DNA of 64,000 bases from Candidatus Latescibacterota bacterium (GCA_965223905.1 CBDCXV010000011.1:352001-416000); one strand, 5' to 3'. Counted from the first letter of the stretch, positions 28,615 through 38,893 are shown. The notes: a model not told the origin generated them from the letters alone. Translations and numbers: made by a program.

Positions 28615-29769
28615 CTATCGGCCAAACCAAGGGGGCCAAAGTCGACTTGGCGGCCATGTTTCGGCGGCCTCGACTTCGGCCATTTCGCGGGTCAGCCCAC
28701 CATCGGTCTCCATAAGCGCCGCACGCTCGAGGCGTGGGTAGCACACCATGTCCGCCCACTCCTCTGCCAAATCCCCCTTGGTTCGCCAGTTTACCACCAC
28801 TGACACCCCGTTGAACTCCAGGGCATCGCGCACCTTGGCGGCCGCTGTCCTTCCGGGGCCGTCGCCGTCGGCTTCAATGCGCACAGTGTACCCGTCCAGC
28901 TTGGCGTCGGGTTTCCTCAAGGTGCCACAACAACACCATACTTCCGCACCACTCCAACGCCAGGTTGCCGCTAATGCGTCAAGAGGACCTTCGACCAGAA
29001 CTAACAGGCGTGTGTCGTGGGCGGTTCGGGGGGGCAATCGCAGAAAGGACCCTGCCAAGCGGGAACCCTTGGCGGTCAGGCGCTTTGCCGTTCCGAAAAA
29101 CAGAAGACGCCGGGCGTTGGCGTCGAGGGCTTCCAGTTGAACGCCAGCCAACTCTCCCGTCGCCGTATCGAATCGATACACCAAGGCGCCGACAGCTCCG
29201 ATTGGGAGAGGTTGTTCGACTTGTCGGGCGGCTTTACAGAACACCCATCTCACTGCGGCCGGCAGGGGGGGAGAGTTGGGCACGTCGATGCCGGGCCAAC
29301 AGCAGCGTCCAGCCAGGTAGGCTCGGGGGACGGGGATTTCGTCGGCGCAGACGCTCAACTTCCACAGAACCCGGGGCCGGTCTCCAGCAGCCGTGCCTGG
29401 ACGGTTCCGATCCGTTTTCAACCAAAGACGGGGAGGTTCTTGTCGGTTCGTCTGCGGTTCGACAGGCCGCGACGACTGCTTTCCATTCGCTGGTATCACT
29501 CCCTTGCCCCGCACCCAATCCAGAGCCTCGGAGCGATTGCAATTGAGCACTTTCTCGATCAATTCCAGTACGTTGCCGTGCTCCCCGCTCTTCCAGTCGG
29601 ACCAAGTGCCAGCCAAACTTCCCTCAACATGCAATGACAGAGAGCGACCCCTGCCGTACCGCCAGTTTTTTCCGCTGTTCTCGATCGACGTGGGATCTCC
29701 GAGCAGCATGCGGGCAACATCCGGCATCAAGGCCGCCCAGTCTATGTCACAAGCATGGCGTTCCATCAA
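28615..29769 (-). CDS. Toprim-domain primase of the mobile element
   Basis: WRYGRGRSL...GTWSDW N-terminus; LVEGPLDALAA and EADGDGPG toprim motifs. Confidence 0.8.
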   Translation of the reverse strand: MMERHACDIDWAALMPDVARMLLGDPTSIENSGKNWRYGRGRSLSLHVEGSLAGTWSDWKSGEHGNVLELIEKVLNCNRSEALDWVRGKGVIPANGKQSSRPVEPQTNRQEPPRLWLKTDRNRPGTAAGDRPRVLWKLSVCADEIPVPRAYLAGRCCWPGIDVPNSPPLPAAVRWVFCKAARQVEQPLPIGAVGALVYRFDTATGELAGVQLEALDANARRLLFFGTAKRLTAKGSRLAGSFLRLPPRTAHDTRLLVLVEGPLDALAATWRWSGAEVWCCCGTLRKPDAKLDGYTVRIEADGDGPGRTAAAKVRDALEFNGVSVVVNWRTKGDLAEEWADMVCYPRLERAALMETDGGLTREMAEVEAAETWPPSRLWPPWFGR

Positions 29770-29960
29770 CCATCACGACCAGGGGCCCTACCTCACCGGG
29801 TTGCATGTTGCAGCTCCGTAAGTCGCCGGCGAATACCACAGCACCTGCGGCTGACCTCGTTGCTTTTTCCGCTTCTTTCCCTGCCCCGTCCCAAAACGGG
29901 TTCGACCGTTTCCTTTTGACACGAGTCTGCCTACTTGGATTAATTTTCGTATTGAAAGGA

Positions 29961-30917
29961 ATGATTATGGACGCTCCCGCCGTACCCATCGCCGTCAAAC
30001 AAACGCAGTCGCTGGCTGCCTCCAAGCAGGCCCTCGAGCTCGTCGAGGCCAGTATTTCCGCCAACACCAAGCGGGCCTACAAGGCCGCCCTGAAGAAATT
30101 TGACGAAGCGGTCAGCGGCAGATCCGTCACCGATGAGGTCGTCGCTAACTACCTCGCGGCCCTGTACGCCAACGAGGAGTCGCCGGCCTCGCCGGCAACG
30201 TGCTCCCAGGTCGTTGCTGCGCTCAAGTTCCGGGCAAAACTGCAGGGGGCTCCGCCGCCGGTCGGTCCCGCAACCAGCCGGGTCCTTTCCGGGGTCCGGA
30301 GACAGGGCCGCGACCGAGGGCGGGGCCAAGTCCAGGGGGTGGATTTCGCGCAGGCGGACGCCGCAGCAGCCGTCGCCGGCAGCGACGAGTCTCTCCACGG
30401 CCTGCGCGATGCGGCCATCATCGCGGTCATGTCGGACGGGTTGCTGCGGGTTTCCGAACTCGCCGCCCTCCAGGTCGACGACGTCACTTTTGAACCCGAC
30501 GGTGGCCGGGTCACCATCCGGCGCTCGAAAACCGACCAGGAAGGAACCGGGGTTGTGCTTTACCTGGGTCCTCCTACCGTGGCCAGGGTCAGGACGTGGA
30601 TGGAGGCGGCCAGGATCAACGGCGGGCGGCTGTTTCGCCGCGTCCGTCGAGGCGGTAAGAGGGTCGGGGACCAAGCCTTGAGCACCGTAAGCGTCCGGCG
30701 GATCATCAAACGGCGGTGTGCCGATTCCGGATTGGAAGGGTCGGTGTCCGGTCACTCGCTGCGCGTTGGAGGCGCTCAGTCGCTCGCTGCCGGGGGCGCC
30801 TCCCTTGCCGAGATGCAGACGGCCGGCCGATGGCAATCGCCGGCAATGCCGGGCCATTATGCTCGGGGCCAGCTTACAGCTCGTGGGGCCGTCGCTCGCA
30901 TCCGCTACGGCAGGTGA
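29961..30917 (+). CDS. Cre-like tyrosine recombinase
   Basis: RDAAII...LLRVSEL, IRRSKTDQEG, SGHSLRVG, GRW, catalytic Y. Confidence 0.9.
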   Translation: MIMDAPAVPIAVKQTQSLAASKQALELVEASISANTKRAYKAALKKFDEAVSGRSVTDEVVANYLAALYANEESPASPATCSQVVAALKFRAKLQGAPPPVGPATSRVLSGVRRQGRDRGRGQVQGVDFAQADAAAAVAGSDESLHGLRDAAIIAVMSDGLLRVSELAALQVDDVTFEPDGGRVTIRRSKTDQEGTGVVLYLGPPTVARVRTWMEAARINGGRLFRRVRRGGKRVGDQALSTVSVRRIIKRRCADSGLEGSVSGHSLRVGGAQSLAAGGASLAEMQTAGRWQSPAMPGHYARGQLTARGAVARIRYGR

Positions 30918-31149
30918 ATTGGCGATTTCGTTCGTTCTGGCATTCCCCGATTCGGACTGCGAGTCAAGGACAGCGGGCCGGTTTAGGAAGCCACGCTCGA
31001 TTTCCGAATCCATCATCCGATAGCGTGTGTCGACAGCCTCACGGCTCCGGGAATCTACCGGCCTTGACCGCGCGCGGCCTTGTCGTGAATCGCCATCGGT
31101 TCTGATGGCAAACTGGAACCCCCGCCGATCACACCCGTGAGGGGCTTTT

Positions 31150-31350
31150 TCATTTGTTGGATGATTTAGGCTCGACGCGGTGCTGATCGAGCCACTGATT
31201 CAATGCGCAACCCTCGTACAGCACTCGGTTCCCGAAGCGGATATAACTCGGCCCTTCTCCCCGATGGCGCCATTGAGACAGCGTGCCGCGCGTGGCGATC
31301 ACCGCGAGGGCGGGATCGTCCGTTCTGTAGTATCTGCCGTCCTCAAACAC
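31150..31350 (-). CDS. Excisionase/AlpA-like HTH protein
   Basis: TLSQWRHRGEGPSYIRFGNRVLY...LNQWL. Confidence 0.8.
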   Translation of the reverse strand: MFEDGRYYRTDDPALAVIATRGTLSQWRHRGEGPSYIRFGNRVLYEGCALNQWLDQHRVEPKSSNK

Positions 31351-31759
31351 GCTCTCGCTTCCTCAGTTCGTCCGGTCCAGCTCCTTCCGGATCAACCAGC
31401 ATGACAATTACCGGCTTCGGGTGAAGGATGTTCCACCCTAAGCCCTGGGACAGGTTGAACCCGTTTTCCCGCATTTCTTCGACTTTTTCTTTCTCGGGTT
31501 CGCCCCAAAAGGCGCAGGCGCTTTCGAGTCGGATCATGGACGCGGGCTTGTCTGTCAACCATAGCTCAAGGGGAACCTCGACGTTTCGCACTCCGATTGC
31601 CTTGCGCACGGAAGCCCCGGAGATATTCCACAACGCCCGGACCGCCAAGGGGGTCAAGAGTTCGTCCTTTTGGTTTTCTTTATAATTTTCCGGCAGCCAC
31701 TTTAAAACCGCTCCGCCGGTCACTTGCTTTCCGATTAAGCCCCGGATTCTGTTTTCCAT
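31343..31759 (-). CDS. Hypothetical protein (possible DNA-binding)
   Basis: ORF between integrase and excisionase in the same orientation. Confidence 0.5.
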   Translation of the reverse strand: MENRIRGLIGKQVTGGAVLKWLPENYKENQKDELLTPLAVRALWNISGASVRKAIGVRNVEVPLELWLTDKPASMIRLESACAFWGEPEKEKVEEMRENGFNLSQGLGWNILHPKPVIVMLVDPEGAGPDELRKRERV

Positions 31760-31800
31760 GTTCCCCGTCCGTTTGTGGCGAGCTTGAATGAAGGGGAAAT

Positions 31801-32979
31801 CTACAGAGGAGGTTGCGGTTGCGCAACCTCAATCTCCCCCATCATTGCCGCAATCTCCGACCCGACTTGCTCCCTGGCTTCCTTTACCGGATTTCCGACC
31901 GCCCTGACGTACCGGTCGGCCATCGCCGTCGTCTTGTGGCCGAGCAGGTCCCGCAGCACGTGGACCCCGATTCCGGCCGCAGCGGCCCGGGTCATCACCG
32001 TTCGCCTCAAATCGTGCAGCCGCACGCCTTCGATGCCGGCATCGGCGCATACCTGTTGGAAGTGCAGACGCACGTTGCGATAGGTGCAGGGGGCTTTTCC
32101 CGTTGCGCTGAACGTCCATTCACTGAAGCGGGGAAGCTGGCGGAGCACTTCGAGGGCAGGTGCCGGCAGATCATGCTGCCTCCGACCGGTTTTGGTCACC
32201 GGCAGCGTCAGCCGGCCCGACTCGAAATCGACATGGTCCCACTTCATCCTCAGGATCTCGCCGATTCTCAAGCCGGTCAATGCGGCGATTCGGATCGCGG
32301 CGACGACGGCGGGATTTCGTTCCTCGTGCCGATTCAGCGCCTTGGCGAGGGCGGCCAGCTCCGATGGCGACAGTACCCGGTCGCGCGGTTCCATCCGCGC
32401 CCGCTCGATTCCCCGGCAGGGGTTGCTATGCTGTGGCCTCCAACCCCACGCCTCGAACAGGTTGAACAACCGCGAGACGAGCGCGAGCGTCCTGTTTCGC
32501 TGCGCCTTGCCCAAGGGTGCGACCATTCGCTCGACGTGCTCGCGGGTCACTGCGGCGACCTTGCGCCGGCCCAGCTCCGGCTCCAGGTAGCGGCCGGCCT
32601 GCCATGTGTAGTCCCGCACGCTGCTCGAACTCAGGCGGCCGATGCGTACCCGCTCAGGTACGAACTCTTCGAAGAACCGGCGCAGCCCGTCGGCCACACT
32701 TGGGGCTTCCACCCGCGCCCGTTTTTCTTCGAGGGGGTCCTCCCCGTCCCGGATGCGCAGCAGTTGCGCAGCGGCCCGGTCGCGGACGATCTTCAAGGGG
32801 ATTTGGCCTGCCCGGGCCAAGGTGATCCGACGCTCGCGGCCGTCGACGCGGTAATTGAGGACGAACGCCTTGGTTCCACCTGGAGCGATCCTGAGCCCCA
32901 GACCCTTGACTTCCCTATCCCAAATGATGCGAGTTTTCCGTTCCGGTTGGGCGTCCCGGATGATGCGCTCTGTCAGCAT
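31801..32979 (-). CDS. Tyrosine integrase with an N-terminal arm-binding domain (P4-like)
   Basis: IWDREVKGLGLR, TGLRIGE, HDLRRT, LLGH...RY; adjacent to the tRNA fragment. Confidence 0.95.
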   Translation of the reverse strand: MLTERIIRDAQPERKTRIIWDREVKGLGLRIAPGGTKAFVLNYRVDGRERRITLARAGQIPLKIVRDRAAAQLLRIRDGEDPLEEKRARVEAPSVADGLRRFFEEFVPERVRIGRLSSSSVRDYTWQAGRYLEPELGRRKVAAVTREHVERMVAPLGKAQRNRTLALVSRLFNLFEAWGWRPQHSNPCRGIERARMEPRDRVLSPSELAALAKALNRHEERNPAVVAAIRIAALTGLRIGEILRMKWDHVDFESGRLTLPVTKTGRRQHDLPAPALEVLRQLPRFSEWTFSATGKAPCTYRNVRLHFQQVCADAGIEGVRLHDLRRTVMTRAAAAGIGVHVLRDLLGHKTTAMADRYVRAVGNPVKEAREQVGSEIAAMMGEIEVAQPQPPL

Positions 32980-33189
32980 GTGTCAGCAATCTCCTTTTGC
33001 TGACACGGTTTTTCCTGTCGAAGGTGAGTAGGTCGCCATTTGTCAGCAATTTGTCGGCCAATCGACAAAATACTGACAAACCCGGACTAACACAAGATAA
33101 ACGAGATAATCCTCTTAACCCATTGAGCCTGAGCAGAATACAAAGGAGATTAATACAGGATAATGCGGGGGAAAACCCAAAAAATTACG

Positions 33190-33234
33190 CTCGTAATGAG
33201 TAGGTCGCCGGTTCGAATCCGGCGGGTGGCTCCA
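33190..33234 (+). other. attR-like site: 3' half of tRNA-Thr(CGT) from the anticodon loop to CCA
   Basis: CTCGTAA loop, GGTTCGAATCC T-arm, CCA end; upstream bases cannot form the anticodon stem or D-arm. Confidence 0.85.
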
Positions 33235-33247
33235 TGAATGAGAACAG

Positions 33248-33279
33248 GCACCTGACGAACAGCGTCCAGGTGCTTTTTT
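33248..33279 (+). terminator. Rho-independent terminator after the tRNA fragment
   Basis: gcacctg...caggtgc followed by T6. Confidence 0.75.
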
Positions 33280-33395
33280 CATGATGTTTGTGCCGGTTGA
33301 ACGGTATTGACTGCATGCACTCCGAAACTCTCCCCGAATCCCCACTCAAGCCAGGGTCTTCAAGCATCCCTGCAGTCCTGGGAAGATGAGAGGGG

Positions 33396-33809
33396 ATGAC
33401 GGCCGCGGACCTGCCGGACCTCAATGCCGGCCTCAATACCCTCAGCGCCCTGTTTCTCGGGCTGGGGTATTTCCAGATCCGGCGCCGCCGGACCCGCAAG
33501 CACATGCGCGCCATGCTGGCGGCGCTGTTCACCTCCGCCCTTTTCCTGTGCTCCTATCTCTTCTACCACTGGACCGTCGGGTCCGTACCCTATCCCCACC
33601 GGGACTGGACCCGCTGGCTCTACTTCGCCGTCCTGATTCCTCACGCGATTCTCGCCATGGTCATGGTGCCCTTCATCCTTCTGTCCCTGTGGCACGCATT
33701 CCGGGGGCAGTTTGGGCGTCACGCGCGGATCACCCGATGGATCTGGCCCGTCTGGATGTACGTGTCCGTCAGCGGCGTAGTCGTGTACGCGATGCTCTAT
33801 AGGATGTAG
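33396..33809 (+). CDS. DUF420 family membrane protein
   Basis: LNAGLNTLSA...HARITRWIWPVWMYVSVSGVVVY. Confidence 0.85.
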   Translation: MTAADLPDLNAGLNTLSALFLGLGYFQIRRRRTRKHMRAMLAALFTSALFLCSYLFYHWTVGSVPYPHRDWTRWLYFAVLIPHAILAMVMVPFILLSLWHAFRGQFGRHARITRWIWPVWMYVSVSGVVVYAMLYRM

Positions 33810-33988
33810 CTGACGACTGTCCCGGGGTGCCGGCGGCCTGTATGCCGAAGCCGGACCTCCGCCGGGGCGGCGATTTCTTGACATCGATTCGGGGCTCCGG
33901 TACACTCGATCGTCCCCGCATCGATCGATGCAATACTTCCGCAATCTTCCGATTCACCCTGAACGACTTCACCGGGACCCTCCCTTCC

Positions 33989-35008
33989 ATGAGTAGGTCT
34001 TCGAGGCTGATCCTCGGTGCAATGGTGGCGGCCGCGGTTGCCGCTGCATCCGGCCTCACGGCCGCAGCCTCGTGGCTGAACCAGCCCACAGGAGTCGCCG
34101 AGCAGATGGTCCGCATCGAAAAGGGGATGAACGCGCGCCAGATAGGCGATCTCCTCGAGGAGCGCGGGTTGGTGCGCAGCGCTTGGGCCTTTTCCTGGAA
34201 CGCGCGGCTGCGCGGGCTTGCCCGCCAGCTCGAAGCCGGACGCTACCCTCTCTCCGGCGCCATGAGCAACCGCGAAATCCTTGAGGGCCTGCGGCAGGCG
34301 CCCCTGGAAATGGATCGCGTGACCGTCCCCGAAGGCCTGACCTTGAGCGAAACCGCGGCCCTGCTGCAGAAGCGGGGGTTTGCCGACTCCGCCCGTTTCG
34401 CCAGCCTCGCAACCGATCTGGAAATGGTCCGCAGGCAGGGGGTCGAGGCTGCGAGCCTCGAGGGGTACCTGTTTCCGGAAACCTATTTCTTCGACAAGGG
34501 GGTATCGGAGAAGGAGATAATAGATCGCATGGTCTCCGAGTTTTTCACCGTTGTCGACAACTCGTTGATGGCGCGCCTCGACTCTCTCGAAATGTCGCTG
34601 CACGAAGCGGTTACCCTGGCTTCGATTATCGAGGGCGAAGCCAGGTTGGAAAGCGAGCGCACGATCATTTCGTCGATCTTCCACCGCCGCCTCAAACTGC
34701 GGCGTCGACTCGAATCGTGCGCTACCGTCGAGTACGCCTTGGGCATTCACAAGGAACGGCTGAGCAACGAGGATCTGCAGGTGAAATCGCCGTTCAACAC
34801 CTACCTCCACCGGGGCCTGCCTCCCGGGCCCATCGGCAATCCCGGCAGGGCCTCGCTGAGGGCGACGCTGTATCCCGCCGACACCGACTATCTGTATTTC
34901 GTGGCGCGCGGCGACGGCACCCATTCCTTCAATCGCACCAACAGGGAGCACGAAGCCGCCAAACGGGCAATCCGACGCGAGAAGCGCGAGCGCCGGAGCC
35001 GGGGGTAG
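33989..35008 (+). CDS. mltG: Endolytic transglycosylase MltG
   Basis: LEGYLFPETY, LASIIEGE, SPFNTY...GLPPGPIGNPG, YLYFVA. Confidence 0.95.
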   Translation: MSRSSRLILGAMVAAAVAAASGLTAAASWLNQPTGVAEQMVRIEKGMNARQIGDLLEERGLVRSAWAFSWNARLRGLARQLEAGRYPLSGAMSNREILEGLRQAPLEMDRVTVPEGLTLSETAALLQKRGFADSARFASLATDLEMVRRQGVEAASLEGYLFPETYFFDKGVSEKEIIDRMVSEFFTVVDNSLMARLDSLEMSLHEAVTLASIIEGEARLESERTIISSIFHRRLKLRRRLESCATVEYALGIHKERLSNEDLQVKSPFNTYLHRGLPPGPIGNPGRASLRATLYPADTDYLYFVARGDGTHSFNRTNREHEAAKRAIRREKRERRSRG

Positions 35009-35045
35009 CCGCGACATATGGCGCCTTGACAGCCTCTCCCCGACC

Positions 35046-37349
35046 GTGAATCCGATCACCGACCTCAACCCCGCCCAACGGGAAGCGGTTCAGTGCACCG
35101 AAGGACCGCTCCTCGTTCTCGCCGGCGCAGGCTCCGGCAAAACCAGGGTGCTTACATGCCGCATCGCCCATCTCATCGATGCCGCCGGTGTCCCGCCTTG
35201 GAATATCCTCGCCGTGACCTTCACCAACAAGGCGGCCGGGGAGATGCGGGAGCGCATCGAGGGACTGGTCGGCAGCGACAGCGCCGGCATCTGGATGGGC
35301 ACTTTCCACTCGGTCTGCGCGCGCATCCTGCGCTACGAGTCGCAGGCTTTCGGACTCGATTCGTCGTTCACCATATACGACGAGGAGGACCGCCGCCTCA
35401 TGATCCGCAAAATCCTGGCGGACCTCGAAGTCGACGAACAAGAGCTCTCGTGGCGCGCCGCGGCCGCCCGCATATCGCGCGCAAAGAACGGAATGGCGGA
35501 CGCCGAGGCTTTAAGGGGACAGATCACCTCTTCCAGCCCGCCGCAGAACCGCATCACCGCCGACGTATTCGAGCGCTACGAGGCGGAACTGCGGCAAAAC
35601 AACGCCTTCGATTTCGACGATCTCATCTGTGAGCCGGTGCGGCGGTTCCAGCAGTTCCCGGAGGTGCTCGAAAAATACCGCAATCGCTTTCGCTACATCC
35701 TGATCGACGAGTACCAGGACACAAACCGACCGCAGTACCTGCTCTCCAGGCTACTGGCCCGGGAACACCGCAACATCTGTTGCGTCGGCGACGACGATCA
35801 ATCGATCTACCAGTTCCGCGGCGCCGACATCCGCAACATCCTCGACTTCGAACGGGACTACCCCGAGGCCACCGTCGTTCGCCTCGAGCAGAACTACCGC
35901 TCGACAAAGCGCATTCTCGAAGCGGCGAACGCCGTCATCCAGAACAACCTCGACCGCAAGGGGAAAAACCTTTGGACACAAGCCGACCAAGGGGATCCGC
36001 TCCGCGTCGGAGACTGCGGCGACGATCGCACGGAAGCGCGTCATATCGTCGCCGCGATCACCGAAACCTGTGGGACGGAAGGTCTGTCCCTGAGCGAAGC
36101 GGCAGTGCTGTACCGGACCAATGCGCAGTCACGGGCCCTCGAGGAGGAGTTGCAACGAGGGGGGATTCCGTATGTGATAGTCGGCGGCATCCGCTTCTAC
36201 GAACGCAGGGAAATCAAGGATCTCCTCGCCTATTTCAGGCTGCTGGCGAATCCGGCCGATGACGTCAGCCTGCTTCGGATCATCAACGTTCCCAAACGCG
36301 GAATCGGCGCGGCCACGGTGGAGCGCCTGCGTGAGTTCGCCACCCGGCACCGGATCGGCCTCCTGCAGGCGGTTGTGGAGGAGGAGACCATCCCCGGCCT
36401 GAGCGCCCGCGCTGCAAACTGCCTCGAGCGCTTCGCCGGCACCCTTCGCGGCCTGCGCCGGGAGTACGAGCGCCTCGAGCTGCCGGAACTCGCCGAGCAG
36501 GTGCTGGTGCGGACCGGGTATCTCGACGCCCTCCGCGACGACCCTTCGGTGGAAGCCAGATCGCGCGAGGAGAACATCGACCAGCTGCTGGCGAGGATCG
36601 CCGAGTTCCACGAGTCAGGGCCGGCGGAATCGAGCGGTTCCGAAAGGCCCGGGCTTGAGGGTTTCCTGGAAGAGGTGGCCCTGATGTCGCCTGTCGACGA
36701 GGCAGGGACCGAGGCGGATTCCGTCACCCTGATGACCCTGCACATGGCCAAGGGGCTCGAGTTCCCCCTGATCGTGATCGCCGGCATGGAGGAAGGGCTA
36801 TTACCGACGGCGCGGGCCATCGAGGAGAGCCGCAATGGTGGGGCCGAGATCGAAGAGGAGCGCCGCCTGTTCTATGTCGGCATCACCCGGGCGCAGCGCT
36901 TTCTGACGCTGACCTTCGCGCGCTGGCGCTACTCCTTCGGCTCCCTCAGCCCAACCGAGCCCTCCCGGTTTCTCGAGGAGATTCCGCAGAACCTGGTCGA
37001 GGCGGAGAAGGTTTCGCACCGCGAAGGGATAGGTTTCGCCGCCGCGCAAAGACGCGCCGACGCCGACCGCAGGCGGGCCTCCATGCGGACACGGCGCTTT
37101 CCTGCCCCGGAACCCAGGGCGGCCGTGAAAAAAGGCATCCACTATGATTTCGCCGAAGAGCAGGAACCCGCGGCCGGGGACGGCAACGACCTGCTCGCGG
37201 TCGGACGCTGGGTCCGGCACCCCGCCTTCGGCCGCGGCGAGATCGTCGACCGCGAGGGCAGCGGCGAGGATCTCAAGCTGTCGATCCGCTTCGGTTCATC
37301 GCGGCCGAAGAAAATAGTTGTGGCGTACGCGCAGCTGGAGCCCGCCTAG
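35046..37349 (+). CDS. pcrA: ATP-dependent DNA helicase PcrA/UvrD
   Basis: AGAGSGKT, DEYQD, VGDDDQSIY, EEERRLFYVGITRA, C-terminal Tudor-like domain. Confidence 0.95.
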   Translation: MNPITDLNPAQREAVQCTEGPLLVLAGAGSGKTRVLTCRIAHLIDAAGVPPWNILAVTFTNKAAGEMRERIEGLVGSDSAGIWMGTFHSVCARILRYESQAFGLDSSFTIYDEEDRRLMIRKILADLEVDEQELSWRAAAARISRAKNGMADAEALRGQITSSSPPQNRITADVFERYEAELRQNNAFDFDDLICEPVRRFQQFPEVLEKYRNRFRYILIDEYQDTNRPQYLLSRLLAREHRNICCVGDDDQSIYQFRGADIRNILDFERDYPEATVVRLEQNYRSTKRILEAANAVIQNNLDRKGKNLWTQADQGDPLRVGDCGDDRTEARHIVAAITETCGTEGLSLSEAAVLYRTNAQSRALEEELQRGGIPYVIVGGIRFYERREIKDLLAYFRLLANPADDVSLLRIINVPKRGIGAATVERLREFATRHRIGLLQAVVEEETIPGLSARAANCLERFAGTLRGLRREYERLELPELAEQVLVRTGYLDALRDDPSVEARSREENIDQLLARIAEFHESGPAESSGSERPGLEGFLEEVALMSPVDEAGTEADSVTLMTLHMAKGLEFPLIVIAGMEEGLLPTARAIEESRNGGAEIEEERRLFYVGITRAQRFLTLTFARWRYSFGSLSPTEPSRFLEEIPQNLVEAEKVSHREGIGFAAAQRRADADRRRASMRTRRFPAPEPRAAVKKGIHYDFAEEQEPAAGDGNDLLAVGRWVRHPAFGRGEIVDREGSGEDLKLSIRFGSSRPKKIVVAYAQLEPA

Positions 37350-37537
37350 GGCCTCCCCTCGACTTGCCCGTGAAGGCGAAATCTCGTCTGTAGCGGAGGG
37401 GGATGAATCTCGGTTTCATTCCAAACCCCTTCATCTGCATTCTCCCCAATCCGGTCTCCGCGGCTTCCGGCAGGAGTCCGATTTTGCCACATTGAGCCAC
37501 CCCGCTTAAGTTTGCTAATTGATTGTAAATCACAACC

Positions 37538-38893
37538 TTGGAGCAACTAGTGGGAGCGGCGGACCGCGGCCTTGACCAACCCCTTCGGGTTTCCTTTACG
37601 AACGTCGGCTGCAAGCTGAACCAGCATGAGTTGGAGACGCTGCAGAACGGTTTCGACCGCCGCGGCCATACCGTGGTCGGGGACGGGGATGCGGACGTCT
37701 GCGTGGTCAATACCTGCACCGTAACCGGCTCGGGCGACGCCGATTCCCGCAAGGCCGTTCGCCGGGCCCGGCGCAGGAACCCTGGGGCCACGGTGGTGGC
37801 TACCGGCTGCTACGCTCAGCGGCGCCCGCTGGAACTCACTGCAGCCGGGGCTCACCTCGTTCTCGGCAACGACCGCAAGGCCGACCTGCTGCAGCTGGTC
37901 GAGGGCTATCTCGCCGGCGATGAGGAGCTTCCGCCCCCGGAAGCGGTGGAAGCTCCCGTTGGTCGCTTCCTCGAAATCGAGGGAGCCGTAGCCCGGGGCC
38001 GCACCCGGGGCACCTTGAAGATCCAGGACGGCTGCGACGAGCACTGCACCTACTGCATAATTCCCGCGGTGCGCGGGAAGGGGATCAGCAGGCCCGCGGG
38101 AGAGGTGGTCAATCAGGCGAGAAAAATGGTGGAGGCCGGGTACCGCGAGCTCGCTATCACCGGCGTTCACACCGGCAGCTACGGCGAGGACAGCGGCAGG
38201 CCAAGCACTCTCGTGCCCCTGCTGAAGGAGCTCGACTGCATCGACGGCCTGGAGCGCGTCCGCCTCAACTCGGTGGAACCTGCCTACGTCAGTGAGACGC
38301 TTATAGACCACGCCGCTAGTTCGGCGAAGTTCTGCCGCCATTTCCACATTCCCCTGCAAAGCGGCGACGATGCCGTCCTGCGCCGCATGGGCCGCCGCTA
38401 CCGGCGCCGCGACTACGCCGCCATGATCGAACGCATTCACTCGGTGATCCCGGATTGCGCCATAGGGGCCGACGTCATGGTCGGATTCCCTGGGGAAGAG
38501 CGGGTCCACTTCGACAACACCTGCTCGCTCCTGCGCGACCTTCCGGTCTCCTACCTGCACGTGTTCCCGTACTCCCTGCGTACAGAAACACCAGCGGAGC
38601 GGCTAGCTGGCCACGTGAGCCGCGGCGAAAAGGCCGAAAGGGCGCGGGAGCTGATCGCTCTCGGAAACGAGAAGCGTATGCGCTTCCACCGCCATTTCGT
38701 CGGCTGCAGGGTATATCCGCTCGTCGAGGACCGACGCGACCGGGTCAGCGGACTCCCACTCGGGCTGACCGACAACTACGTCAAGGTGGCCATCGACTCC
38801 GGCGGCGATCTGGCCCCGGGCAGCATCGTCGCCGCCGACGTCACCCGGGCCCGGGAGGACATGGTGTACGGGACCGCCGGAGCCGGGACATGA
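37538..38893 (+). CDS. mtaB: tRNA t6A37 methylthiotransferase MtaB
   Basis: GCKLNQHE, NTCTVT, QDGCDEHCTYC radical SAM motif, HVFPYS. Confidence 0.9.
   Translation: MEQLVGAADRGLDQPLRVSFTNVGCKLNQHELETLQNGFDRRGHTVVGDGDADVCVVNTCTVTGSGDADSRKAVRRARRRNPGATVVATGCYAQRRPLELTAAGAHLVLGNDRKADLLQLVEGYLAGDEELPPPEAVEAPVGRFLEIEGAVARGRTRGTLKIQDGCDEHCTYCIIPAVRGKGISRPAGEVVNQARKMVEAGYRELAITGVHTGSYGEDSGRPSTLVPLLKELDCIDGLERVRLNSVEPAYVSETLIDHAASSAKFCRHFHIPLQSGDDAVLRRMGRRYRRRDYAAMIERIHSVIPDCAIGADVMVGFPGEERVHFDNTCSLLRDLPVSYLHVFPYSLRTETPAERLAGHVSRGEKAERARELIALGNEKRMRFHRHFVGCRVYPLVEDRRDRVSGLPLGLTDNYVKVAIDSGGDLAPGSIVAADVTRAREDMVYGTAGAGT

Noticed and set aside
33160-33234. Complete tRNA-Thr gene
   Set aside because: The 5' half (acceptor 5' strand, D-arm, anticodon stem) is absent; treated as an att fragment.
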